NCBI GenBank assembly: GCA_043228905.1
Contig: JBHGNT010000009.1
Location: 4,898,001-4,962,000, forward strand
DNA length: 64,000 bases
Source: Azolla caroliniana
Taxonomy: Eukaryota > Plantae > Polypodiophyta
Direction: 5' to 3'
The notes under the pieces were generated by a model. The model was not told where the DNA came from and did no database searches. It worked only from the letters and a program-made list of their open reading frames with translations. The position numbers were made by a program, and so were the translations under genes. The stretch's first letter is position 1. Each line of letters begins with the position of its first letter. Shown piece after piece: positions 13,021 to 26,234 of the stretch.

Positions 13021-16000
13021 TCATAATAAGATCGTCAGCTCGGGGGCAATGGATATGAATTCTTGATTGCCATTTTATTTAGGCGTTGGTAATTAATACA
13101 CATACGCCATGTGCCCTCTTACTTTTTTTACCAAGAGAACAGGTGCACCCCAAGGAGATTTACTATAATGTATATAAACCATTCGTAAATAGTCCTTGAG
13201 TTGCTTAGATACCTCATCCTCTTCGGATTGACTTAAGCGATAAGGAGGTATACTTATTGGTGCAATGCCAGGTACAATATCCATACAATGGTCTATATTA
13301 CGTTTAGGAGGTAACCCATGTGGTAGTTCACTTGGAAAAACATCAGGAAAATCATTTAAGATTTCATCGAGTTGTTGTTCAAAATATGATAATTGAACCG
13401 AGACATTATCAATATTGTAAACGTGAATGTCCAGATCAAGTACACAATAAAATAAAGTAGAACCAGACAACTCAGATATTGATGGTGAGGAAACAATCGA
13501 AAGAGATTGTTTTTTAACACATTGAATTAAATGAGTACAATCGTTCAGTACAAAAGTAATTGAATGATGAACCCAATCAATAGATAAAAGAAGAGTTTTT
13601 ATTAAAAACCAGGGATAACCCAGTATTACCTCAGTGGTACAAAGATTCATTACATGGAAGTCTACTTCCTCTATATAAGTATCAATTGAAATTCCTAATG
13701 AATGAATCACCCCATTGATGTATTATACTCTTCCATTAGCCAAGTGCACCCTATAGACTAGATCACTTACGGTGGGTTGGATTCCCCATATTTGAACCAA
13801 ACGATCATTCACAAAATTGTGTGAGCTTCCTGAATCAAATAAAAATTGTACGGGAGATCCATTGATATACTCGTTTGCACGTAGTAAATCATTGGGTCCC
13901 ACCCAATACATAGTGAGGGAAAGAACATTGACAATTACTTAAATGATGTGTATAGACGTCAAGGACATTAGGAATGTGACCTTTATGGTCTACAACTTTT
14001 GCTTTGTTGTCGTGCTCTTTCTGTTGGAGCTTTCAACATTGTTCTTTTGTATGACCCTTCTTTTTGCAGAATACGCAAAAAGGATGTTGTCGTTTACAAT
14101 CGCGATCCATGAATTCGTTAGGTGTCTTGCGTTTCCCAACGAATTGCGACTGCTTAGTCCCGAGCGCTTCGTTGGGTTTGTTATGGTCCTTCTTCGAAAT
14201 GTGTTGATAGCAAAGAACTATTTAAACGGCCTCTTCGAAGGATTTTGGATCCTTATCGTGCACTATCCAGTGATAGTCCGAATTGGGGATGCCATTGACA
14301 AAACAAGCTATTAACCAATTGTCCCCTTCTAGACCCGATTTTTGGATTTGGGTTCTAGCATGGTGGACATAGTCTTCTAACAAGGAAAACTTCCTACTAG
14401 AGAGGTTCATTAAAGCTTGTGTTGCCTCGGTTCGAGAGGGAGGTTGTAGAAATTGGCTCTTGAAAACTATGACAAAATCTGTCTAGGTATTGGGCAATTT
14501 CCCCAAAGTTCGGAGCCCACGTCGCCAGGCGGCGGCCTTACCCCCTAGTTCTCGATCGACATATGCAATCTTCGTACTATTTGGCGTGGGATAGAGCTCA
14601 AAGTGAGACTCCCATCGGCCCAACCACGTGCAGATTGCTTCTTCGGTTCTTTCCTTTTTTTCTCTCGCAAATGGCTTTACGACAAATGATGGTTCACCCT
14701 GACGCTCATCGGGTCTATTAGTGTCCCGTTGTAAACTAATGGCACCTGCCTCGTGAGCACTTTGAGGTTGCTGAAGTTCTGACATCTGATGCACGGTTGA
14801 ACTAAGGAAATGTTGTATTTGTAAAAAATACGACTCAATGGACATTGGTCCAGGAGGATTTCCTTGAGTTCCTAACCTCAAGTCTCAAGTCTCATAATTA
14901 CGATGTTGGTATGTTACCTAACCTCAAGTCTCATAATTACGATGGCATACGCCAAAGTGCAACCTAATGTTCAAGCCAAATGAGCCCTCTTTTCGTAGTA
15001 GGCCCACGTGACCCATCACATGGTTATGTCATTACAAATGCCTTTTGTAAGAATGATCTCATGGTGGGATCGTATCCATGTAATGAGGGAGGGATGTTGG
15101 ATATGTGTGTCATTGGAGCGACCTCACATGAAGTGGGTCAAGCCCTACGTTCTCAACATCATTGTGGCTATGAGCATTTTGTTACATAACGAAATCGAAG
15201 TGACCAATGGGGATGTCAACAAAAAAAATTGTTGAAAAAAGGATGGTGACTACGCCATTCTCACAAAAATGTGAGTACAGACACCAAGATCCTTTCCTTG
15301 AATATACACATGTGATATAGAAATCACGTAATAACTAATATACACATATGATATAGAAATCACATAATAACTAATATACACATATGTATATTTATCACAT
15401 ACATACGATCAAATACGTATACATGTGACCACATATGCGTATATTAAAAAAAATCGTAACATCAAATAGCCAACAAATAATGAAATCGTGACACGTATTC
15501 GAGGTATATAGCCTCTACGCACACGAAATATCCAAAAATAAGGGTTAATCGTAATACGCAATTGAGGTAATGAACTCTTACGCATATGACACCAAACACA
15601 TATCATTTACATAAACATCGAGGTATTGACCTCATACGCATACGTAACATATGTATGTGAACGTAATACGCAATTGAGGTATTAACCTCGTACGCATACG
15701 ACACAAATCACATATCAAATATATGTCAAATGAGGTATTGACCTCACACACATATATAAACGTTTTATGTAACGAATTAATTACCACTACAACATCATTG
15801 AATCAATGGAAAAAATTACATATTAACCATACACATGATTAGATTGGGAGAAGAAAGAATAGGAAAAAAAACAAGAAAGAGTTACCGAAGTTCCTTTGCT
15901 TATTGCTATCTGGACCAAGGTCGACCGCACATCGATCAATCACCATCCATCAAGAAGACAAAAAACCACAAAAGAAACATTAGAAACATGAGCTTTGAAA

Positions 16001-17100
16001 CCAACTGTTAGAGTGATGGTCTAATGTTAGCATATGATAAGGATATAAGATATAAGAAATAAGAAAGGTGAGAGAGAAAGAAGGGCGTCGATCCACCCGA
16101 CCACCCTCGAGCGAAGGAATCAAGACGGACTCGAGCCTCGATCGGCGTCCCATACCACCGTCGTGGCGTCAAGTCGTACCTGTTGCTGGCGCGTTCGCTA
16201 CAAGAGTCGACCCACCACAATGTTAGAGTCTCGATGTAGTCAAAAGATGATGAAATGAGGGTAGTTAGGCCTCATATTTATAGCGATACCCAAGGCCCCC
16301 AGGCAATTTCACACTTGGCCTAACGGGTTGTCTCAATCCCGAGGATTAAAAGTAATCCTCCCCTTCTTTACACTCTCATTTAACCCTCACACTTATCCAC
16401 ATTGTCGTGATGTGGCGTGTTTAATGTGAGAAAAAGTGAAAAATTGAGGATACATGCACATTACACAAATACTTGTAAAACTGAAAATAATAATAAATAA
16501 ACCTAAGACATGATGGCACTGAGTGCATATTGAGGGTTGCAAGTAGGATTTGAACTTTGCACGTCTAAGATAAGAAGCAATTATCATACCACTAAAGCTA
16601 CTACTACATGCTGTACATTTTGTATATTTGCTTTTCATATTTAGTATTTCATAGGTAGCAAACAGTCAAAACCGTGTACACAAAACCATGGTTTCAAGCC
16701 CATGGTTTTGTCCATGTCATAAGCAAAACCGTGTGCACAAAACCATGGTTTTAGCCCATGGTTTTGTGCATGTCACAAGCATGGAGAGACCTATAAAAGC
16801 CTCTAGTAAGGCTTGTGTAAGGGGGGGCTCAATATGTGATATTATCATCATCATCACTATCACCGTCAATATAATAATCTTCTTCTTATTATTCTTTTTT
16901 ATCTTCTTCTCAAGTGTAAAAATTTCCGATCTTCTCAAGTGTAGTGGTCATTGTTTTCTCAAATCTTACATTCACATCGTCCTCTTCTCAATAAGTCCCA
17001 TTCAAGCGAAGCACACACACACGTGCATCTTCGCGACAACGTGTATAGAATACTACGGTAAATTCTCACCACGGGATATTATATGGTCATGCCCGTAACA
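13021..17100 (-). mobile_element. Ty3/gypsy 5' half (LTR, PBS, gag, protease, start of RT), pseudogenised
   Basis: LTR 16006-17100 (TGTTA...TAACA). Degenerate PBS GCTTTGAAACCA at 15992-16003. gag 14881-14222 (LGGKAAAW). Protease LFDSGSSHNFV at about 13830. RT start PYRLS...SKSPWGAPVLLVKK...KNSYPLP at 13240-13040. Confidence 0.85.
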
Positions 17101-20100
17101 TATACGGAGCCTATCGTAGGTCGGCTATTTGTCTAACCATAGTGCCTGTGGCACTTCGAGCCTTATTGGATCATTCAGCTGATCCGTTCAACTACTCCAT
17201 TCTACATGGGTGTGTATGGATCCCTCTATTAGACAAGTACTGTTTGAAGTCTCGGGAGGTTTATTCACCTCCGTTGTCGGATCTAAGTCTCTTCACTCGG
17301 TATCCCGACCGATTCTCCACTTCAACTAACCATCGAGCGAAGATTTTGAGTGCGTCGTCTTTGAACCTAATTGAATAGGCCCAGACCTTCCGTGTACAAT
17401 CATCGACAAAAGTGATGAAGTACCAAGAGCCACCTAGTGATCTTTTAGGAAACAACCCACATATGTCTATATGGATTAGTTCTAGGGGTTGTCATACCAT
17501 CTCATAATGGAAAGAGTGCAGGCTTCTTGTCTATTTCCCCTATCGACAATGCTCGCATAAGTTTGTCTTTGTCAAGAGTTTCGGAATGTAACTGACCGCC
17601 ATTAGCTGGTCCAGTCCGGCTTGAGACATATGACTGAGTCGGCCATGCCATAAATTCGGGTTGGTCGAATTGGCTACGTGCATGACCCCGTCTGGATTGA
17701 TCGCCATTATTGGATACAAGTTGTTGTACTTGTGTCCGCTTCGGATCTTCACATTTCCTCGGTTGATCATCCATGTCAACTCATTGAGAATTGTTCGGTA
17801 CTCGTCTTCAGCTAACATGCTGATGGAGACCAGACTCCTTTTTAGTGCAGGTACGTGCCAGACTTGGTGCATGAATATTTTGTTGCCATTCGACAATTCG
17901 ATCAGTACTTCGCTGATTCCGGTGATTTTGCATTCCTGCCCGTTGCCTAGTCAGATTGTGCCATTGGCGTCGGTCGAATAATTCGAGAACCATTCGATGT
18001 TCGAGGTTACGTGAAATGTGGCACTGGAGTCCAGTAATCACGTGTGTGCTTATTGCTCACTATAGAGGACTTCTTCGATCATCGAGTCCTCTAAAGAGAG
18101 GATTTCTTCTGATCGAGAGTCGGCAACATTGATTTGATTGTTGATTGGAGAGCGATTCGAGTCGGATCGTCCTTGGTTCCACTTGGATCACCAATCGCTC
18201 TCTTTTTTCTTGATCGACCAACAATCGGAAACGTTGTGACCGACTTTTCTACAATGAGTGCAAAAATCACATGGTCGGTTATTTCTTGACTTTGACTGTT
18301 GTCAGTCTCTCCTCTTTCTCGATCGATTGTTGTTTCAACCGGAGCGTTCGGCTTGTTCTCTTGATCGACTCGATCGAGTGATGGGCTTCTGCCGACTTGT
18401 CGATGGTTGAGTCCCATCGATTTTTGCCGAATATCCTCCGTGAGGATTTGGCCAATAGTTTCGTCCAGGTTCAGCCTAGGGTTGTTAATGGCGAAAGTCA
18501 TGTAGAATACCTCCCAACTCATCGGCAAGCTCAATAGGAGAGCAAGGCTTTCACTTCTTCTTCAAAGTTGATCCCTTGGGAGGAGAGTTCAAACAACACC
18601 CGACTGAAGGTGTTGATGTGAGAGGTGGCTAGATCGGTCTCTCTCATCTTCATGTTGAATAGTTGTTTGATAAGTATCGGTTTTGAAGATGAGGACTTGT
18701 TTTCATATACCACATTTAACTTCTCTCACAACAAGAATGTTGTTGTCTCCTTTGCCATATTGAAGTAGACGTTTTCGGCCAAGTGCATTCGATTGGTGGA
18801 GCGTACAATCTTGTCTATTGATCTCCACTCTTCGGCTGAAATTGAAGCAGGTCTTTCGCTGTGTCGAATGGCTTCAACCTGTCTTCGAATGATCAACACG
18901 TCTTGCATCATCTCCTTCCATAGGGCAAAGTTTTTGTCGTCGAACTTTCGGATTTCAACTCCTGTTCCAGATGTTGAAGCCATGTTCTTTTGAAGTGAGA
19001 TTGCTAACCTGGTCTATTCTTTCAGCTGTGGAGTTTCCTTTTCTTGGTTTTTCTACTATTTGTCACCGTTGAACAACAAGTCGCTCTGATACCACTTGTT
19101 GATGTATGTTCAGATATATGCACGGAAGTATGTGTATGAGGACCTATCTTTCTATGCACAACAAACAACACAAATATGTAGTGATAAGAAGAAGAAGAAG
19201 ACAGATGTAGTAAACAGAGTTAGAGCTTCAATGGAAGCTCTCTATTTCTCTATAACTCTCTCTCTACAAGATTCAAGATTGATCATACTCATCACAATGT
19301 TCGGTTAGAGTTTATCTACTCAAGCCCTAACTATTTGCATGTGTTCACACTTGTATGGATACAAAGTGGAAGGAGTCGGCCTTTTCTGCCAACACTAAGG
19401 GGATAAGTATGGATGCATGCAAAAGGGAAAAAACAAAGTGCAAGTTAAAAGTAGGCTTTACAATTTTCATTTGGAAGAGACCCTCGAATAGCCTATAAAA
19501 GGGACAAGAGAGCTCATTGGCATGGATCATTTTTTTTTGCATAAGACAAAAGCACTTACCAAATTTTGGATTGGGCTCGAAAAAGTGAATCAAGCAAGCA
19601 TGCAAGACCAATGACGACAAAAGTTGACATGGTCGTCATCCATTGGGACGTTGTACCAAAACTGAAGGATTTTCTCTTGAAGCTCTTTTCTCAAATCTAA
19701 TACTACTTTTGTCTTATTTATTTGTAATATAAGCCATTTCATGTAACAGAGTTGAGACTTTGTCTCGTTAGTATTTCAAGATGTTAATACCTATAAAAAA
19801 CTGTTTTGGTAATCCCATTGTCTTACATACATTGCAAGGGAACGAGGATCGCTACGAATTTTTAGCTCGGAAATCTAAGCACAATGCTCGAAGAGACTCG
19901 AATTGAGCAAATTCCACGAAAGATGGATTCCAAAAATTCGCACTGAAAGTTTCTTAATGTAGACATGAAGAGGTCCCTAGAAGAATTGTGGCAGAATTTT
20001 CGAAATGTGAATCCAAGCTCGAACAAAAGTTACAAGTGCAATATTGATTTTCGGATTGAACTAGCCAAGTTGAACAAGGTCAGCATCTAACGTGAAAGCA

Positions 20101-20779
20101 CTACTTTTGAAAATTTGGGAAAACATTTCCCTGATTTGAGCATCACTTCACGAAATGAGGAAATTAATATTTTCGCCATCGCGAACTCTACATCGTCGAC
20201 CACTACCGCTACATTTGACAATGACGACATTGACACCAATGCCGACCTTGCTATAGGTGATGTTTGTTGACATCTTTTATTAGCTACGTCACTTGCCACA
20301 CTTACATTCCCTTTACACTTTAAGAAAAACCTTAAGACCTTACCCACAAGCACTTAAACCATTCTTATTTTCCCAAACATGCCTCCTACCTACCAACACA
20401 TTAAAACATGCATATATATACCCATACAAACATTGAAGAGAATACTTGTAAACACACACATTAGTATTTAGAACTCACATACATGCACATATACCCCCCA
20501 TTGCATATCAAGATTCACCAAACAAGCACATTATTTTACACATATAAAACACACTAGAATTATAAACACTTAAGAGTTGCACATTTACACACACCTCTTT
20601 GGTTCGAGTTCCTGGTGGTCCCATTCACATTTCAAACACATGTACATATTCTCACGACAGTGATTTGTGCAACATGACCTCGAGAAGGAGATAGAACTTA
20701 GATCAAGAGAAAGACGTGTGCTAGGTGCAACTTTCTTAGAAGTGACACAAAGTTCTCTATTGCCCTCAAATTGAGTAAA

Positions 20780-22300
20780 TAGGGCACAAACCATAAGGAG
20801 GAATGCATGCAACAAACACTACCCAAGGGCATTGGGAACTTACGATAATTTGAACTCACTACAAGTACTAGTCACCTTAATGGATAGGGACAACGATAAT
20901 GCCACCACCTTTGAGATCAATCGATGACCATGGTAAGTACACAAAATCACATGTATAATAAGGATGATGGCTTTCAAGGTCATGCTTGATGATAAAGTTA
21001 GGGTATGGTCCTTGAATCTCCCAAAAAAAGACTTACATAAATGGCAAAGATTCCATGACAGGCTTACAAGTACCAACCCAAGTCCCAACTAACAAATGCG
21101 AGAATTTCCCTGAACCTACACAAGACCCAACACCAATACCTCATGTGGAACAACCCAAAGCCTACACAACAAGGGAAAACATTTGTTTTCCTACATGTCA
21201 AGGATATCACACAAGATATGAATTCCCCCTCTTACACCAAAGACAACCCCACTATTGCAAATGGTGCAAGGCCTTCTTGATGCAGTCACAAGAAAACTCG
21301 TCGCAAGCACCCATTAGGAGGTTCGAACAAGGACTTGTAATCGAACGCTCAAGGTGACCACCATGACCAAACCATCTAACCCAACTTGCCATGCTACCAC
21401 AACAACCACCACTCCCTCAAATCAAAACCTGACTACCATAACTTGAACACGATAGAGATAAACAAACCCAAGTTCGGGTGGGGGCATAAAACAACCATGA
21501 GAGCTAATACCAATACGATGACGACGATGCTGACAAAGAAGTATTGTCTCACTTCATCAATTACGAAGGTGACCAAATACTAGTCTACATCCTAAGAAGT
21601 GAACAACGAGAACCCCCAATGGGATACATAGGATGCCCAAGATGACACAACCTCAAATGCTTCAAATGCCAAGGTTCACATATGGTCAGTGAGTGCCCCA
21701 CTAAGCATGAGTACTACAATTGCATGACACAATGACCAAGGTACAACCAACAGGATGCACTAGTACCTGCACAAGCATTAAACCCCTTTGACCAACAAGC
21801 ACAAGAGGTTATCACTTGGTTCCACGAGAAGCTTCATGCCTCGCATTTGGACGAGAACACCTAGTGCCTGACTGCCCCGAGAAAAAAAAGAGAATCGTAG
21901 CGGGTCTATTATCAATTGTCCCATCCATAATTGGAGCCAATGTTATCATGCGCTCATGCCCAAAGGATTGCGCACAATCTCAAACATCAAGAGAATGGGA
22001 CACAAACTACCCATCATAGGAAGAGGAAACCAAAAAAGATCAAATTAGAGGAGTACATTAAGCTACTTCATCAAGAAGAGGAACAAACACCACCAAATCT
22101 ACTGAGCTTGAACTTGAACCAACTCAACAATTCCTCCCTACCAAAATAAGGTACCCATTGAGGGACATACCCCCGCCACAATGACCAACTCCTTCCCTAT
22201 GACTAGCAACAAGAAGTTAACGTGGAGCTCTTGCAACAAATACTAACACTCAAGGTGCAACTCACGTCACTAGAGTTGTATGACTCGATAGGTGTCCTCA
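20780..22300 (+). mobile_element. Old, degenerate gypsy-like gag remnant
   Basis: CCHC zinc knuckle CFKCQGSHMVSECP (~21658-21700) and a decayed second knuckle CLAFGREHLVPDCP (~21837). Many stops; boundaries uncertain. Confidence 0.5.
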
Positions 22301-23471
22301 CAAAAATCGATTGTTTTAACCACATTCTATCTAAGAAGGTTTTAACCGCCCATCTACATCACTCTTTCCTTTATCGCTATTATTTCATCCTTACTCTTCA
22401 ACTTTAAATGATAAAGCTTCATCACTAAAACTTTTGTTCATCAAAAGCATCAACGTGTAGAAACCCCCACTTATTTCATCTCTCTCTTTTATATGACCGT
22501 TGTGGCCCTTCCCTCTAGTTATACCTCTCTTCACTTTCACAACATAGCCCAATTTGGTGCCCTTTGATTTTGTATACCACCTTGCCTCTTTCTTATTTTC
22601 CATTGTATTGGTTTAACATCTTCTTTACATCCATTGGAGTTTATATGTATAATGTTCCTCTACCCTCTATACTCCTAAATGATAACCGTCCTACATCCCT
22701 ACATTCTCATATTTAATCTTCTCAACCCCCTCTTTTCTTCCCTTGTACTTTCAAAAGGCTTCTTCCTAGAACCATTACATCCTTTCTTTCACATGCATGA
22801 ATGTTCCTTGGGAATCTTATGACCCTTCCCACATTTACTCTTTGAAGTTAAAAACCCTCACTACAAGGTGCCTCCCTTTTTTAAACTTGCACCTTCACCC
22901 TTTTTTACTATGTATGAGTTACCCTTTTATTGGGGTGAAATTGGTTTACATGTAAGCATCTTGTGTATATATGTAAACCAATTGACTCCTAATTTCAATA
23001 ATAAGTGCTCATTATAAAAGCCTCTCTCCCTCTATCTCAAACTCTGATGCAACTAGGAAAGTCTTTCATTATTTTTTGGCATTGCTTGTATTAGACGAGT
23101 GTGGAATACTTGTGATTTTGAAATTTTAAAAGAAACTATATTTGTTGAAGTTCCAAAAACCCCAATTCAAAATTTGCATCGAGAGAGGCTGTTGATGACC
23201 AAGTATTAACCAACCACCTTCACATTCATTGTGGCTTACAATATCCATGAAAACCTCATATTTGTTCACTAAATGACTAGGATAGAAGGGTTATTCTAAG
23301 GTATGCATTTTACAAGTTCATCTAAAATAATACATTGCTCTCCAAAAGGTTATTTACTATGGCTCATTTTTTACTCTTCACTTCTTGATAGGAGAAAGGA
23401 TTGTGGCTACACAACACATAAGAAATGATATTTCATTTGCTTCCAGTACAAAATCCATTCAAATCAACTTC

Positions 23472-25945
23472 TCAATTTTGGTTTGCAATTTTGTCACATT
23501 GAAAATTCAAGTCAAGACCTAATCTTAAGTCAATACGCGAGGAACAATACGACGACATATTTTGAGGCCCCATTGGTTTGGATATACTTAACTGATTAGA
23601 CATGCATATAGCAGTATGCATTGCTTGTTTTGATAGAGGTTTTGTCTCATTTGCCTCGTTAGAGACTAGTAATCTATCACTAAGAAATGTTCTCTTATCC
23701 ATTAACTCATTGTCATCAATAACTTGTGCATATGGCAATCCCCTCTCAAATCCTCTTGTTGTTGAGACTAATCGCCTATCAACAAACCCTCTCTTATGTG
23801 CACTAACTTGTTCCATTAACCTCAAACCTCCCATTCCAACATCCTCATCCTCATCCTCATCTTGCACTTGGATTTCCTCTTTATACTTGAGCATCATCAT
23901 CCCAACTGATTCCTGATCCCCAACCAAATCTCCTCTATATTTCTTCTCTAATCCTCCATTTTCTTCGGTTTCATACCTCTCTTTTGAGATCACATTAGTG
24001 ATGGAGCTGTCAAAGGAGCATTCTGTCTTTATGTGAGATTCACATTCATCCATTGCACCACATTTCGAAAAGTCGTCCATACAAACTTCTTTGTTGGTTA
24101 TATCCAGAAGCCGTGCTTGGTCCATCCCAACAAGTCCGAGTGTTTTAGTGGCCAAATTTTCTTCGGCTTTTCTAAGTATAGAATGCAGGTACCTCCCCTG
24201 AGCCTCAATACGAGCTTGTAAAAGTCGTTGCACCTATATGTTAAAAACTTGTCAATATATTACAATGTATTTTAAAAAGAAGAAAGAAAATGATATCCTA
24301 ATCATTAGGGGAAACCACCGAAATAGCCCTAGTGGTTTTTTGATAGTTACCAAAATACCATCAAGTAGCAGCAAATTTCCTACTATTGATGGTAGTTAGT
24401 AAAATTTGAAAATTTTCATAGGAGGTATTTTCATGTTTTGCACTATATCTTTATCTTGAGGTTGTAACCTCTAGTTGTTCTTGAAGCTTCCTTTGTACCT
24501 CCATTTGAATGTGCAAAGCTTCGGCTATTTGTACGTTTCTGAAACCCAAGAAAAGACACACTTTCTCATGATATCCTTTGAACAAAAGAACGGAAACTAT
24601 GGTACAAAAGGGGAGGAGATTGGCCTAGTGGTTGTATGGGGCATTTCAGTCTGTAAAATCCCTATGTTGGGAGAGATCAAACTTCCCCTTCCATCAAGTT
24701 TGGTTGTGGCAAATTGGAATTGAGTACCACCATTAAAAGAAGGAGAAAGCACCCAAAATTTACAAGATTTTCATACTTACTCGGATGTTGCTTGGTTTTC
24801 TGAACCTGTCGTGATTGTTATTGAAGGTTTTATATTCTCGTTAGCTCCTGTACCTTGCACATTTATATGTAACCATTGCGATATCTTTCATAAGTCCACC
24901 AAATTAAGCGGTCTATAAAAGAAAGAGTGCTCAGCTAGATTTTATTCTCACCAGAGAAATGCTCAATCTTAGTATTAGGTTCTTTCGAATGCTTTCCAAG
25001 GCGATATTTCTGACAGTCAAATCAAAGAACTGATTAGGGACATAGTTATAACAAGAAGCAAAAGAAACTCCACATCCAATCATCAAGCTCAAAAGAAATA
25101 TTTCCTATGTTCCATCATCAAACTCAAAAGAATCATTTCCTATATTCATTCATCAGATGGTGAGTTTATTCCTTGAGCTCAGGAAAATTTTGATAACTGA
25201 TTTATTCCAAAGGCTTTTCTGTGCAAGCTTAAGCTTGGTTTAACATCTTATCTTTTCTTCAATGGACAAGTCTATCATCTATATGATTGATTAAACACCC
25301 ATGAATAGGTGCCTATGTAGGGAGGTAATGGAACTCAAATCCCACCTGGTAAGAAGCTATTGATTGATTGTCTCATTAATATTATGTTTGTTCATTTCCT
25401 GTCCTATTAGACTTTAGTAGCAGACACATATATATAGCAATTTTTATAGGTCACAGACCTCCTGAGGACTGTAATATGTCATCATCGTTCTCTTTCTCTC
25501 CCATGTAACAAGACTGTCGGTTAAACGCATGAATTGTTACCTGAAGATGACTTTTCAAATGGTATAGTGTGAGCCCTTTGATATTCATAACTTTCATCAC
25601 AGCCTTTGGTGTAGCCTCTGCATGCACAAACCTAGACAATCTCAGCACTGGATATGCATCCATGGAAACCACAAAATCCACCATCTACACAATTTTAGCC
25701 ATTATGATTGGCATCATCAGATATGCATCCATGTAAAACAAAACACACTTACTGCCAGCTCCTCCAAGTTGATGAACAGCTTCGACAAATCGTTCATGAA
25801 GTTCAGCAGTCCATCGGAGGCGAGGTTTCGGGTCAGTTGAGAGGATTACCCCACCAACATCAAAATCATTTGTTCCATGTAAATGTGAGAAAGTAAAGGA
25901 CCTTCGTGTATCCGAATAAGTACCATATGAATCAATATGAGTCAT
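23472..25945 (-). CDS. MYB-CC / PHR1-like (GARP SHAQKYF-class) transcription factor; exons 25945-25753, 25617-25541, 25009-24952, 24847(or 24853)-24781, 24538-24469, 24233-23472
   Basis: DPKPRLRWTAELHERFVEAVHQLGG / KATPKAVMKVMNIKGLTLYHLKSHLQ / KYRLGK. The coiled coil reads QIAEALHIQMEVQRKLQEQLE-VQRLLQARIEAQGRYL. Introns are GT-AG with consistent phases. The start codon is uncertain because in-frame upstream ATGs exist. Confidence 0.92.
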
Positions 25946-26234
25946 TTCTGAAATGAATAAATAAAACGAAACATCAGTGTCTCGATGACAAAATGGTCTC
26001 ATTTCAAACACTTGCATTGATTCTATTCCACCCTGAGCCCTACACCATGTGGCATGAACTATTCTATTTAAAGAAACAGATAAAGTCAATCGCATTGATT
26101 CTATTCAAATCTGAACCCTCTGATTTCCTTTACTTCTTCTTTTTTTCTTTAATACAATCCCTTGAATTGCTTCCCATTCTTGTTCCTTTACTTCAGGCAT
26201 TATACAAAAGTGCAAGCAATTCAAGGAAGTTCCC

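Larger units (their letters stand above)
11216..19394 (-). mobile_element. Ty1/copia LTR retrotransposon (decayed; RT missing and replaced by nested gypsy-derived DNA)
   Basis: LTRs 11216-11510 and 19097-19394 (TG...CA). 5-bp TSD CTGAG/CTAAG. Met PBS TGGTATCAGAGC on the minus strand at 19083-19094. gag 18983-~18100, GAG-pre-integrase/integrase 17896-17101 (LWHGRLSHMS, FVDDCTRKVW, RSDNGGE), RNase H 12045-12470 (IYCDSQSAI, KHIDVQYH, NIADCLTK). Confidence 0.92.
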
